From a virus (lineage: Duplodnaviria; Caudoviricetes): a DNA stretch of 59,508 nt. Position numbers and translations under genes: made by a program. The notes under the pieces are model-generated. The model saw only the letters and a list, made by a program, of their open reading frames with translations. It searched no databases and was not told the DNA's origin. This document shows, in pieces, positions 50,822-59,371 of the stretch. Within the stretch, counting starts at the first letter, position 1; every line of letters begins with the position of its first letter. The stretch is from positions 1-59,508 of the IMG/VR virus record IMGVR_UViG_3300049024_000030, one strand, 5' to 3'.

Positions 50822-51067
50822 ATGGCCAATTTCATAGTCGTTGGCGTGCGCCTCGAATTGCCCAGGGGCGCGCGGTTTGTCTGTATAGGTCAAGTGTTCA
50901 GATCAGATGCGCTTTGTTTGATCAGTATCGACGGGCACAAAACTATCGGTCGTTATTTTCAGTCCCCCGACGGCTGCCGCTGGGTTGTCCAGCCGGGCTG
51001 TCTCGTGCGTATAGCCGATGACGCCGTCGTCACGGTTTTGGGTCCGGTTACGGTGTCATATCCGTGA
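50822..51067 (+). CDS. hypothetical protein
   Basis: RBS AAGGAG. Confidence 0.6.
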   Translation: MANFIVVGVRLELPRGARFVCIGQVFRSDALCLISIDGHKTIGRYFQSPDGCRWVVQPGCLVRIADDAVVTVLGPVTVSYP

Positions 51068-51176
51068 TTGAATCCAAATAGGTCTCGCGTCCCGGCCCGG
51101 GGCGCGAGACTGAAACCTCCCGCGCCTGGAACCATCCGGATGCCGGGCGCGGGCCGGGCCAATCAATCACATCCAC

Positions 51177-51514
51177 ATTGGGCGGCCTGGTCATGCTACC
51201 GCCCAATAAGCCCCACGCCTACTACTCGGGGGAGTCGGGGCGTGGGGGCGACAACTGAAGGGACACCTCAATGCGAGAAAACGACAAACCCGACTACAAC
51301 GAAAAGCCTCTGCGCGTCGTCGTCATCGACGCCGATATGAAATTTAGCTCGATGGTGATCTTTATGTTGAAGTGGGCGCTCGCCGCAATCCCCGCCATGC
51401 TGATGCTGATCGGCGTCCTGATCGTGGCGGGTTCAATGCTCGGGATACTGAGCCGGCTGGTTGCCGCCCTTCCCTAGTGCGACTTTGGGCGGACTGGTCA
51501 TGCTACCGCTCAGA
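51177..51514 (+). repeat. two hairpins with the same loop (C/A)CTGGTCATGCTA flanking gene 51271-51477
   Basis: ATTGGGCGG-loop-CCGCCCAAT (~51177-51207) and TTTGGGCGG-loop-CCGCTCAGA (~51484-51514). Confidence 0.8.
51271..51477 (+). CDS. small membrane protein
   Basis: VVVIDADMKFSSMVIFMLKWALAAIPA followed by a TM segment; lies in the lysogeny module. Confidence 0.75.
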   Translation: MRENDKPDYNEKPLRVVVIDADMKFSSMVIFMLKWALAAIPAMLMLIGVLIVAGSMLGILSRLVAALP

Positions 51515-51579
51515 CATCCGGCGCGTTGTTGTCCTGGGGGAGTACCGCGCCGGATCGATGTTTTTCACAAAGAGAAATT

Positions 51580-52746
51580 ATGCCGCGACGATACAAAGGC
51601 TATTCCGCCTATCCGTACAAAGAAAAAGCGAGTGGGAAATGGTATGGCCGGCTGGAACTGAAAAAGCCGGACGGAAAGATGAAAGTCTACTCGCGTCAGG
51701 CGAGGAACAAAACCCACGCCAGGCAGATCGCGGACGAACTGGAAGCCAGGTATATAACCGGCGGCACGGAAGCGCTCGACGCCGAGAATATGACGGTGGG
51801 TGAGTTGGCGGGAAGATATAGAAAGGCGAAAGTCGTCGACGCGGCATATGACGGCGGAATCAAGGTGTCTGGAATGATCGCGAAAGCATCAGCCGAAGAC
51901 GAGATAAAGGAACTGCTGGAGTACTGGAACCTGGCGCCGATTCAGAAGATCACCCATGCCGCGATTGAAGAGTATAAATCGCATATACTGAAAAAGCCGA
52001 CGTTTTGGCGCTGGCGCAAAGGCGATAAGATTGTTGAAAAGCCACGCGGGACGCCGCGCAAAATGTCGAGCGTCAATCATTTATTGCGCAGGCTTCGCGC
52101 TATGTTGAACTTCGCGATCCGCAATGGCTGGCTCGTCAAAAACCCGTTTAACGCCGGCGAGCCGTTGATCAGCGACGCCGCCGAGGTTCCGCGCAACCGC
52201 GCCGAACGCGTCGAAGAACTGGACAAGCTACTCGCCGCTTGCGTTGGCAGCCGCGCCTATCTGCGGCCTGTGATCCTGATTATGGCCGATTCGGCGTTGC
52301 GACTTACCGAAGCGAAGCGGCTCACGCGCGCCAATCTGGATTTGGATCGTAAAGTCGCCTATATCGAAGCGCGGAATACGAAGAAGAACAAACAACTGCG
52401 CATTATTCCGTTATCCGATCGGTTGATTGAAGAGCTGAAGGTGTGGGCTGAGAAGGCGAAGACGGACGACGTTCCGATCCTGCAGCAAGGCGACTATAAG
52501 AAGGCCTGGAAGGCGCTGAAGAAGGAAGCCAAAATATCCGACGATCTGCAGTTGAGAGACCTTCGCGGATGGGGAACGTCCAAGATCGCGCGCGCGCTTG
52601 CCGCCAACAATTTGCCGTGGCAGTGGGGCATGAAGGCGACGGGGCATACGCAAACCAAAACCTACGAGCGGTATTTGAAGACGGATGAGGAAATCGCGAG
52701 ACAAACGGGCGAGGCGCTGAAGAAAATTGAAAAAAAAGTTGCGTGA
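51580..52746 (+). CDS. int: tyrosine integrase
   Basis: N-terminal arm-binding domain, SSVNHLLRRLRAMLNFA, SALRLTE (R), TK (K), LRDLR, TGH, YERY; adjacent attP. Confidence 0.92.
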   Translation: MPRRYKGYSAYPYKEKASGKWYGRLELKKPDGKMKVYSRQARNKTHARQIADELEARYITGGTEALDAENMTVGELAGRYRKAKVVDAAYDGGIKVSGMIAKASAEDEIKELLEYWNLAPIQKITHAAIEEYKSHILKKPTFWRWRKGDKIVEKPRGTPRKMSSVNHLLRRLRAMLNFAIRNGWLVKNPFNAGEPLISDAAEVPRNRAERVEELDKLLAACVGSRAYLRPVILIMADSALRLTEAKRLTRANLDLDRKVAYIEARNTKKNKQLRIIPLSDRLIEELKVWAEKAKTDDVPILQQGDYKKAWKALKKEAKISDDLQLRDLRGWGTSKIARALAANNLPWQWGMKATGHTQTKTYERYLKTDEEIARQTGEALKKIEKKVA

Positions 52747-52840
52747 AAAACCACCGCAGCCACCAAAGTGGAAAAATTATGGCGGCCAGTGACAGGCCGC
52801 CATATCTCTTGTAACTCATTGTCTTTCTTCGGTTTCTTCA

Positions 52841-52885
52841 GAGCCGACTACCAGACTTGAACTGGTGACCTACTGATTACGAATC
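52841..52885 (-). other. attP core: 3' half of tRNA-Thr(CGT)
   Basis: Minus strand GA-TTCGTAA-TCAGT AGGTC ACCAG-TTCAAGT-CTGGT AGTCGGC TC; no 5' half; ~95 bp downstream of int. Confidence 0.88.
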
Positions 52886-53009
52886 GGGGCGAGAGATTGG
52901 CAGCTAGCGGCAATAAGCGGTAAAGTCATTTAGATTGAACGGGATTATTGAGATATCCATTCCCGCCACACCCGCTTAAACGTCAATAAAAGGCAACGAA
53001 AGGAAGGGA

Positions 53010-53032
53010 AACACTACCGTAACACTACAGTA
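53010..53032. repeat. tandem AACACTAC(C/A)GTA; putative integrase arm sites
   Basis: Direct repeat ~125 bp from the attP core. Confidence 0.55.
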
Positions 53033-53050
53033 GATCAGCCAACACACCCC

Positions 53051-53079
53051 TTGCATTCTGTTTTTTTCGTGCTATTCTG
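53051..53079 (+). promoter_or_regulatory. sigma70 promoter TTGCAT...TATTCT followed by a structured leader
   Basis: TG-extended -10; hairpins at ~53106-53131 and ~53156-53192. Confidence 0.6.
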
Positions 53080-53231
53080 CGCCCGCAGTTACGACCGTCC
53101 TTTAACGCTGACGTGCTTCCAACACTCAGCGCACAATCCAAACGACAATTAGCGCGCCTTTGCGTGGTGCAGATAAATCACTACGCAGGGCCACGTTCGA
53201 TGACTCAACGTCGCAGATTCAATACGAGCGA

Positions 53232-54428
53232 ATGAGCGATCTGACGATTTTACAAGGTGACTGCCGCGAGAAGTTGCGGGGACTGCCCGACGCCAGTGTT
53301 CATACCTGCGTCACGTCCCCGCCCTACTGGGGGCTCCGCAACTACAACGTTGATGGCCAAATCGGACTCGAGAAGTCGCCGGCGGAATACGTCGCGCAGT
53401 TGGTCGAAGTCTTTCGAGAAGTGCACCGCGTGCTAAGGGACGACGGGACGCTCTGGCTAAACTTAGGAGACTCCTACGCCGGATCGTGGGGCAACTACGG
53501 CGGTCAGAATCGTGGCAATGGGAAGCAGCGCAAGATTGAGAGCGGATCGCAGGCGCATCAGAAAGCATACGATGGACTTGATAACTGGCGTCCGCCAACT
53601 GCCGGAAATCTCGGATCGGGCCTGAAGCCGAAAGACCTGATCGGCATTCCCTGGCGGGTCGCCTTCGCGCTTCAGGAAGATGGCTGGTATTTGCGTCAGG
53701 ATATTATCTGGGCGAAGCCAAACCCGATGCCTGAGAGTGTCGAGGACCGATGCACCAAATCTCACGAATACATTTTCATGCTCAGCAAGAGCTCGATGTA
53801 TTTCTACGACCAGGAGGCCATTAAGGAGCCAGCGATATATGCGGATGACGACCGGATCGGGCGGGCCCAGGCGATCCACAAGAGCGCCCCAGATGGAACG
53901 GTAAACGGAATCCGAGCTCGATCAGATAAGCAGCGGGGGCATTCTCGCCGCCACGCTGGATTTAATGACCGATGGGATCAGATGAAGAAGTCTGAGCAGT
54001 GCTCAGGGATGCGCAATAAGCGGAGCGTCTGGAACGTTTCGACAGCGCCCTATCCCGATGCCCATTTCGCCACCTATCCGCCAGCGCTTATCAAGCCCTG
54101 CATCCTGGCCGGCAGTCCCGCAGGCGGAACCGTGCTTGACCCGTTCGGCGGATCTGGAACCACTGGCAAAGTCGCGCTCGAGCTTGGACGATCGGCTGTC
54201 CTGATCGAGTTAAACCCGGACTACGTGAAACTGATCGAAAAGCGTTGTCGGGTAAACCTGCCGCTGATGTTCGATCTTAACCATCAACCATTAACCACAA
54301 GGAGAACTATGGACATCACCGCATCAACTTCACAAACCGACTTACCAGTCGAACCGGAAACCCCGGCCGACGCCGACACTGCCGAACAGCCGACGGTGGA
54401 AGCGCCGCTCGGTGATCCCGAGGAATAG
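53232..54428 (+). CDS. N4-cytosine/N6 (beta-class) DNA methyltransferase
   Basis: ILQGDC, CVTSPPY, GTLWLNLGDSY, WAKPNPMPESV, HFATYP, VLDPFGGSGTT; ATG 53232. Confidence 0.93.
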   Translation: MSDLTILQGDCREKLRGLPDASVHTCVTSPPYWGLRNYNVDGQIGLEKSPAEYVAQLVEVFREVHRVLRDDGTLWLNLGDSYAGSWGNYGGQNRGNGKQRKIESGSQAHQKAYDGLDNWRPPTAGNLGSGLKPKDLIGIPWRVAFALQEDGWYLRQDIIWAKPNPMPESVEDRCTKSHEYIFMLSKSSMYFYDQEAIKEPAIYADDDRIGRAQAIHKSAPDGTVNGIRARSDKQRGHSRRHAGFNDRWDQMKKSEQCSGMRNKRSVWNVSTAPYPDAHFATYPPALIKPCILAGSPAGGTVLDPFGGSGTTGKVALELGRSAVLIELNPDYVKLIEKRCRVNLPLMFDLNHQPLTTRRTMDITASTSQTDLPVEPETPADADTAEQPTVEAPLGDPEE

Positions 54429-54562
54429 AAACGGCGGCGGCCGGTATGAATCACAACGACGATCCTCATACCGGCCGTTTACCGCGCCGAACGTTAATCC
54501 AGGACGCGGCGAACGGATTCTACCTTTCGCCGCTCCTTTCTTCCAAACAGGGAAGGGAGCAT

Positions 54563-55264
54563 ATGACTCAACAGGAAATCGAGAAGAAGCGGAAATATTT
54601 CTTCATGGGAATCGCCGCACTCGCAACCGCAATTACGCTGGCCAGCGCGAGCGCGACTTACGCGATCAACGAAAAGAGTTTTGTGGACTGGAAGGAATGG
54701 CAGAGCGTGCTGGCGTTTTTGGCCACGGTGGGAACTGAGGCGACTTTCAGTCTTTCCCTCTACGGCGTGACCTATGCCCTCACCGGCGCCACGGAAAAGA
54801 GACTTGGCGTTGCGCTGCTCTTAGGCACCGTCGCGGTAATGGCGGCCAATTACACGATCCACCACAAGCTGAACATTCACGCTTCACTGAGCGACTGGCA
54901 GGTGGCGTATGTGCAATGGATCGGGCCTTTAAGCCTGTTCGGGATTCTCTTGTTGATCGTGAGCATTATCGTCTTCAACCACGACGCGAAGAAAAGGGCA
55001 CAGGATAGAGAGTTCGCATTCGCCGCTGAGCGCAAAGCGATGGAGTGGCGGCAAAAGCAACTCGAATCCGCCGCCTTCGAACAGCACATGGAGCAGTATC
55101 AAGATCAGGTATTTGAGGAAGCTAGACGGTCTTTGAAGCTCTCTTCCCCGCAATCCTTACCGGGTCCGGCTTACGGATCGAGTCAACCGCCGCGTATCGG
55201 CTACCGTCCGGACGAGCGCGATGAGGTGGACTTATTCCCAAAAATTCAACCGAACCGGGACTGA
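54563..55264 (+). CDS. four-TM membrane protein with coiled-coil tail, ending at a -1 frameshift site
   Basis: Four hydrophobic helices; RBS AAGGGAG; C CCA AAA near the 3' end. Confidence 0.8.
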   Translation: MTQQEIEKKRKYFFMGIAALATAITLASASATYAINEKSFVDWKEWQSVLAFLATVGTEATFSLSLYGVTYALTGATEKRLGVALLLGTVAVMAANYTIHHKLNIHASLSDWQVAYVQWIGPLSLFGILLLIVSIIVFNHDAKKRAQDREFAFAAERKAMEWRQKQLESAAFEQHMEQYQDQVFEEARRSLKLSSPQSLPGPAYGSSQPPRIGYRPDERDEVDLFPKIQPNRD

Positions 55265-55281
55265 TTGCCGCGCCTGGTTCG
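55237..55281 (+). promoter_or_regulatory. putative programmed -1 frameshift C CCA AAA plus downstream stem
   Basis: In-frame X XXY YYZ heptamer; upstream GAGGTGG; CGAACCGGG/CCTGGTTCG stem 7 nt downstream; the -1 frame is open into 55285-55905. Confidence 0.75.
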
Positions 55282-55284
55282 AGG

Positions 55285-55905
55285 ATGAATCAGGCGGCGG
55301 AAATGGAGGCGAACCGTGGGAAACAAGAGCCGAGTATTGAATTGGGGAGTGGCGATCGAGATCGGGATTATGGCGGCGGCAATTTTGATTTTCGCGTGGC
55401 TGAAGGGCGGCAAGTGAATGAAGTTCTTGATTCTAGTATCCGACCTGCTGCTGCGCCTGTGGCCGTCAATTCGGTCGCTCCTGTGACCGAGAGTGAATAT
55501 TCACCAAAGGCGAAGAAAAACCGTTCACCGAAGGCGCCGAAGCCGCTCACTGCGCGCGAAATCGCAAGCGAGAAAGTTGTTGATATGACGGCGTTTAAGA
55601 CGGCTGGTGACTATTCACCACCGGCGGTTTTCGACGCCGACAAATGGAAGCGGAGCCGAGTCAAAAAGGGCTACTTAATTGCGCGAATTTCAGGCTATGA
55701 CGTGGTTGAGGGTGAATACGGCGTCCACTACTTGAAAGTCATTCACCGCGATCCAAAAACGGGCAAAAAAAAGACTTCAGGTGACTATTCACTTTATGAG
55801 CACGCCGGGTTCTCAACCTGGCAGACGATGCAGAAGACGGGAAAGCTAGTGAAGGAGAAAAAACGGAATGAGCGAATCAATGAGAACCGCGCTGACGCAT
55901 CTTGA
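55285..55905 (+). CDS. basic cytoplasmic domain, probable frameshift extension of 54563-55264
   Basis: Continuous open -1 frame from 55237; weak independent RBS. Confidence 0.7.
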   Translation: MNQAAEMEANRGKQEPSIELGSGDRDRDYGGGNFDFRVAEGRQVNEVLDSSIRPAAAPVAVNSVAPVTESEYSPKAKKNRSPKAPKPLTAREIASEKVVDMTAFKTAGDYSPPAVFDADKWKRSRVKKGYLIARISGYDVVEGEYGVHYLKVIHRDPKTGKKKTSGDYSLYEHAGFSTWQTMQKTGKLVKEKKRNERINENRADAS

Positions 55906-56122
55906 GATGATCTGCCAAGGCGCGACAGGTGAATATTCACTTAAGGCCGGTGAATTGGAGAAAAGACGCGCGGCGCTCGTGGCGTTCATATTCACTGGCC
56001 AGTGTCTCGCCGATGACTCGGATCGGGAACTGGCCGCGAAAGTGAGCGCAGTAGTGAATAGTCACTTTTTGACAGTGAATGAACAAACAGCCGCCCCGGC
56101 CGCCGAGTCGGACGCGGCGTGA
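55868..56122 (+). CDS. hypothetical protein
   Basis: RBS AAGGAG. Confidence 0.65.
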   Translation: MSESMRTALTHLEMICQGATGEYSLKAGELEKRRAALVAFIFTGQCLADDSDRELAAKVSAVVNSHFLTVNEQTAAPAAESDAA

Positions 56123-56134
56123 AGGAGGGAATCG

Positions 56135-56314
56135 ATGAAACGAGCACTCGTCTACGTCGCAATCGCGCTCGTGACTCTGATCATCCTGACCATGCTCTTC
56201 GACATGGAGCCGATGCCGGCGCGCCCGCTCGGGCCGACAGAAACGCCGCACAAACTGACGCCGGCCGAGCAACGCGATTTGCAGACGCACGGAAGGCGAA
56301 AAGGGAACGGTTAA
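56135..56314 (+). CDS. small membrane protein (59 aa, not in the ORF track)
   Basis: RBS AAGGAGG; MKRALVYVAIALVTLIILTMLF... Confidence 0.7.
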   Translation: MKRALVYVAIALVTLIILTMLFDMEPMPARPLGPTETPHKLTPAEQRDLQTHGRRKGNG

Positions 56315-56328
56315 ACAAGGAGAGGGAG

Positions 56329-56580
56329 ATGCAATCCGCTTTGCCCTTCGATGAAATCGGCACTCAGTACGATGGCGACTTCATCAGGAACAATCCAATC
56401 CCGGCGTGCTGTCTGAAGTGTAAGAGACGCTTCGAAGGCAGAGATGCCATCGGCGCGCCAACGCTGGAGATGTGTCGCTGTTTCTATTGTGGTGGAAATC
56501 TGAGGCCGATCGATAAGAAAGCCTATGCGCAGCGGCTTATAGAGTTGCCGAAATATATCGTGTGGCAAGGCTTTATTTAA
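56329..56580 (+). CDS. Zn-ribbon protein
   Basis: RBS AGGAGAGGGAG; CLKC...CFYC. Confidence 0.7.
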   Translation: MQSALPFDEIGTQYDGDFIRNNPIPACCLKCKRRFEGRDAIGAPTLEMCRCFYCGGNLRPIDKKAYAQRLIELPKYIVWQGFI

Positions 56581-56588
56581 GGAGACGT

Positions 56589-57179
56589 ATGCAGCAACTA
56601 TTTGTGACTTTAGGCCCAATTCTAGCCGTGGCGATTCCCGCGGCTCTTATAGCGCGATACATCGTCCGCGACCGGCGCGAGATGCGCGAACTCGAACAGC
56701 AGGCGCGCTGCGGTCCCGGCTGCATCTGCGGCGGGGAAAACGTGAGAGCGTATCAACACGCCGTGGCGAATCAACAGGCGGCATATATCCAGGCGCCGCC
56801 GCAGATGATTTACGTCCAGGCACCCGCGCCTGTGTATCTATCGGCGCCGCAACCGCAGGTGGTTTACCTGCCGTCGCCGCGATACATGCAAGATCAAGCG
56901 CAAATTCCAGTGCAAGCGCAACCGCGCTACCTACCGGCGGCGCGCCGCGTCCAACCGCCACAATATCAACCGCGCGAACACTACGCGCCGCCGCCGCAAC
57001 CGATGACTTATTACCCCGGCCCCGAGCCGGATTATCCGGAGTATCAGCAGCATTACCTGCCGCCGGCGCGGATTGTCGGTCAATTGCCGCCGGCGAGCGC
57101 GAGCGATATTGAAGAGGCAAGAAGAATGTTCGAGATAGAGAAAGAAGAGATGAAGCAGGGAAGGCAGGTAAGACGATGA
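56589..57179 (+). CDS. single-TM Pro/Gln/Tyr-rich protein
   Basis: RBS AAGGAG; N-terminal TM, CGPGCIC, then Y[LVI][QPS]AP-type repeats. Confidence 0.75.
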   Translation: MQQLFVTLGPILAVAIPAALIARYIVRDRREMRELEQQARCGPGCICGGENVRAYQHAVANQQAAYIQAPPQMIYVQAPAPVYLSAPQPQVVYLPSPRYMQDQAQIPVQAQPRYLPAARRVQPPQYQPREHYAPPPQPMTYYPGPEPDYPEYQQHYLPPARIVGQLPPASASDIEEARRMFEIEKEEMKQGRQVRR

Positions 57180-57511
57180 ATGGCGAAATAAGCGTAATCA
57201 TTAAACTTTGGGTGTTTCACAGCGAAGGCGAAAAGGTGTTTTGGGCCGCCGAAAACTGGCAAGGTTCAATGGCCGATGAATGCGAATACGACCCGCTGCT
57301 GCTGCAACGCGAGGACGACATATCGCCGGACGCTCACCAGTTATTCAAGCTCGAAGAAGTTTGTTTAGTTGCCGACAGCAAAACCGCCGTGTTCGAGCGC
57401 GTGCCAGTCCCGCGTGAAGGCTGGTTTTACAAGGCGCTGCCGAAGTGGGGTTTCAAGAAAATGAAAGAGGCGGCGTTTTTAAAGAAGCCGCTGGAAAGAG
57501 AGGGGAAATGA
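57176..57511 (+). CDS. hypothetical protein
   Basis: ATGA overlap. Confidence 0.65.
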   Translation: MNGEISVIIKLWVFHSEGEKVFWAAENWQGSMADECEYDPLLLQREDDISPDAHQLFKLEEVCLVADSKTAVFERVPVPREGWFYKALPKWGFKKMKEAAFLKKPLEREGK

Positions 57512-57699
57512 AAACGGATACATATTGCTGTATCTGGTGTCACAAAGCGCTGACGAAAGAAGAAACCTATGTCAACGAGCGAACCGGCTCAATCGTGTGC
57601 GATCAGCACAGAGGATTGGGAATCGTGTTGAACCAATGGAATAAACCCTGCAAACGGCGCCATTCTGTTGAGATAGCGCAAGAAAGTGAGAAGAAATGA
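57508..57699 (+). CDS. small Zn-finger protein
   Basis: CIWC...CDQH; ATGA overlaps. Confidence 0.6.
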   Translation: MKTDTYCCIWCHKALTKEETYVNERTGSIVCDQHRGLGIVLNQWNKPCKRRHSVEIAQESEKK

Positions 57700-58433
57700 A
57701 CGACACTCACAAAACGCCAGCCGACGAACTGCAAGCAGCGACCAATCCGACGCCGTGCAAAGCATGGTCTGAGCTGATCCGCTGTCCAGAATGCTCGACC
57801 GATCAATGGGCATTGGTGGAACACGAACATAACGCGCCATTCGCTTCCTATGTCCACGATTGTCAGCACTGCGGCCATGTGATTCTGGCGTCGGAATGGA
57901 ACAATGTGGGAGGAAGTGAGAAGGCCACCGCCCAACCCTGCGCCCATATCCGCACGTCCGGCGAAGGGACAAGCTACTGCGATCTGGCGGAAACCGCAGT
58001 GAAGACACTGGAGGCGAGGTTGGCGCGAGCGCATAACGCCATGCGGGTGGCTGAAGACCAGGCGCTGACTGTCGCCGCCGAACTCGACGAGGCCATAGCT
58101 CGCGCCGAATCCGCCGAAGCCCGGATTGCCGAACTGGAAGCGCAGTTAGGCGCCGAGAAGGAACGCGCATGGGCCTTTGAGCAAATGGCGAGCGAAACCA
58201 GTCTCGATAAAATCAAGAAATGGTTTTACGAGATTCACAGGACAAATGAGAACTTTAGTCAGGCGGTAATCTCTTGCCAGTTTAGAGCCGCCGAGGCCGA
58301 AGCCGAAGCGGCCAGATTGCGCGCGGCGCTGACAACTATCGCAGAATGGCCGTTCGACATTCGTGGAGACTGTGTAGCCGACGCGCGCAAACTCGCACGC
58401 GCTGCGCTCGCGCCGGGAAAGGAGCCGGAATGA
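57696..58433 (+). CDS. Zn-ribbon plus coiled-coil (Ead/Ea22-like mosaic) protein
   Basis: CPEC...CQHC; AEARIAELEAQL; ARAALAP. Confidence 0.7.
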   Translation: MNDTHKTPADELQAATNPTPCKAWSELIRCPECSTDQWALVEHEHNAPFASYVHDCQHCGHVILASEWNNVGGSEKATAQPCAHIRTSGEGTSYCDLAETAVKTLEARLARAHNAMRVAEDQALTVAAELDEAIARAESAEARIAELEAQLGAEKERAWAFEQMASETSLDKIKKWFYEIHRTNENFSQAVISCQFRAAEAEAEAARLRAALTTIAEWPFDIRGDCVADARKLARAALAPGKEPE

Positions 58434-58669
58434 CAGAACCAGAACTGTACACGCGCATCAGAGAACTAGAAGAAGAAAACGCCAAACTGCGCACGGCGCT
58501 GGAAGAGTACGCCAAAGAAGAGAATTGGTTCGAGTGCGACGATGACAACACCGGAGACCCGAAGACTAAATTCTTGCTCTACAGCACGGACAAGAAGGAA
58601 TTTCTGGCAGGCTGTGAAATCGCACAGGCGGCGCTGACACCGCGCCAGCCGGAGGAGGGTAAAGAATGA
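58430..58669 (+). CDS. hypothetical protein
   Basis: RBS AAGGAG; LRTALEEYA...AQAAL. Confidence 0.7.
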   Translation: MTEPELYTRIRELEEENAKLRTALEEYAKEENWFECDDDNTGDPKTKFLLYSTDKKEFLAGCEIAQAALTPRQPEEGKE

Positions 58670-58902
58670 ACAAGCAAATGGAAGAGCATTACAAATTAAC
58701 CTGCGACGTTGCGAGTCGGGCCATTATGTTCTGCGCCTGCAAAGCGGCGCTGAGCGAGGCATATAGAGTTGGCCATGCGGTGACGGGGCCGCACTGCGAG
58801 GAGTTACGCGGCCATATGCACGACGCCGAAAAGCGACTAGACAAGGCAGTGGAAGAACTAGAATCGTGGTTAAAAGAGCAGGGGGCGGGCAATGACGTTT
58901 GA
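58666..58902 (+). CDS. hypothetical protein
   Basis: RBS GGAGG; ATGA overlap. Confidence 0.65.
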   Translation: MNKQMEEHYKLTCDVASRAIMFCACKAALSEAYRVGHAVTGPHCEELRGHMHDAEKRLDKAVEELESWLKEQGAGNDV

Positions 58903-59371
58903 CGAATTTTGCGAGCGCCGAGGGGGGAGAGAGGGGAATATGACTGACGCTGAGTTTCAACGAGGGAAAGAATTGTGGAGGCGGTTTCGTCAGAAGTATC
59001 TCGAACTGAAAGAAATCGCCTTTGAAATCCAAGGTAAACAAGGCCGCGTTCGACGCGGCAGGAGGAAGAAAAAGACTATGCCGATTTATGAAGCAGCAAG
59101 CAGTTTGATTTTACATTTCGGCCACGGTGACATCGCGGTGTGCAACGGGCGAAATGTCGAGAAGGATTACGAGGATGAGATTGTCTTCGTCCGCCAGGAA
59201 CCGCACGAGATAGGCGCGAGCGGGGACGAGTTGATAGGCAAGGCAACCGAGGCAATTGATTGCCCGGTTCGATTTATCTTCGACAAGGTGGAATCGCTCG
59301 ACGTGGTAATGGATGAGTTAGGAAAATTACGCAAAAAGATGGTGGCGAGAAATAATCAAATGCCTTCATAA
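58892..59371 (+). CDS. hypothetical protein (possibly two fused small genes)
   Basis: Continuous ORF with internal ATGs at 58940 and 59078. Confidence 0.6.
   Translation: MTFDEFCERRGGREGNMTDAEFQRGKELWRRFRQKYLELKEIAFEIQGKQGRVRRGRRKKKTMPIYEAASSLILHFGHGDIAVCNGRNVEKDYEDEIVFVRQEPHEIGASGDELIGKATEAIDCPVRFIFDKVESLDVVMDELGKLRKKMVARNNQMPS

Noticed and set aside
52841-52885. Functional tRNA-Thr gene
   Set aside because: The 5' half and CCA are missing; its position next to int indicates attP.
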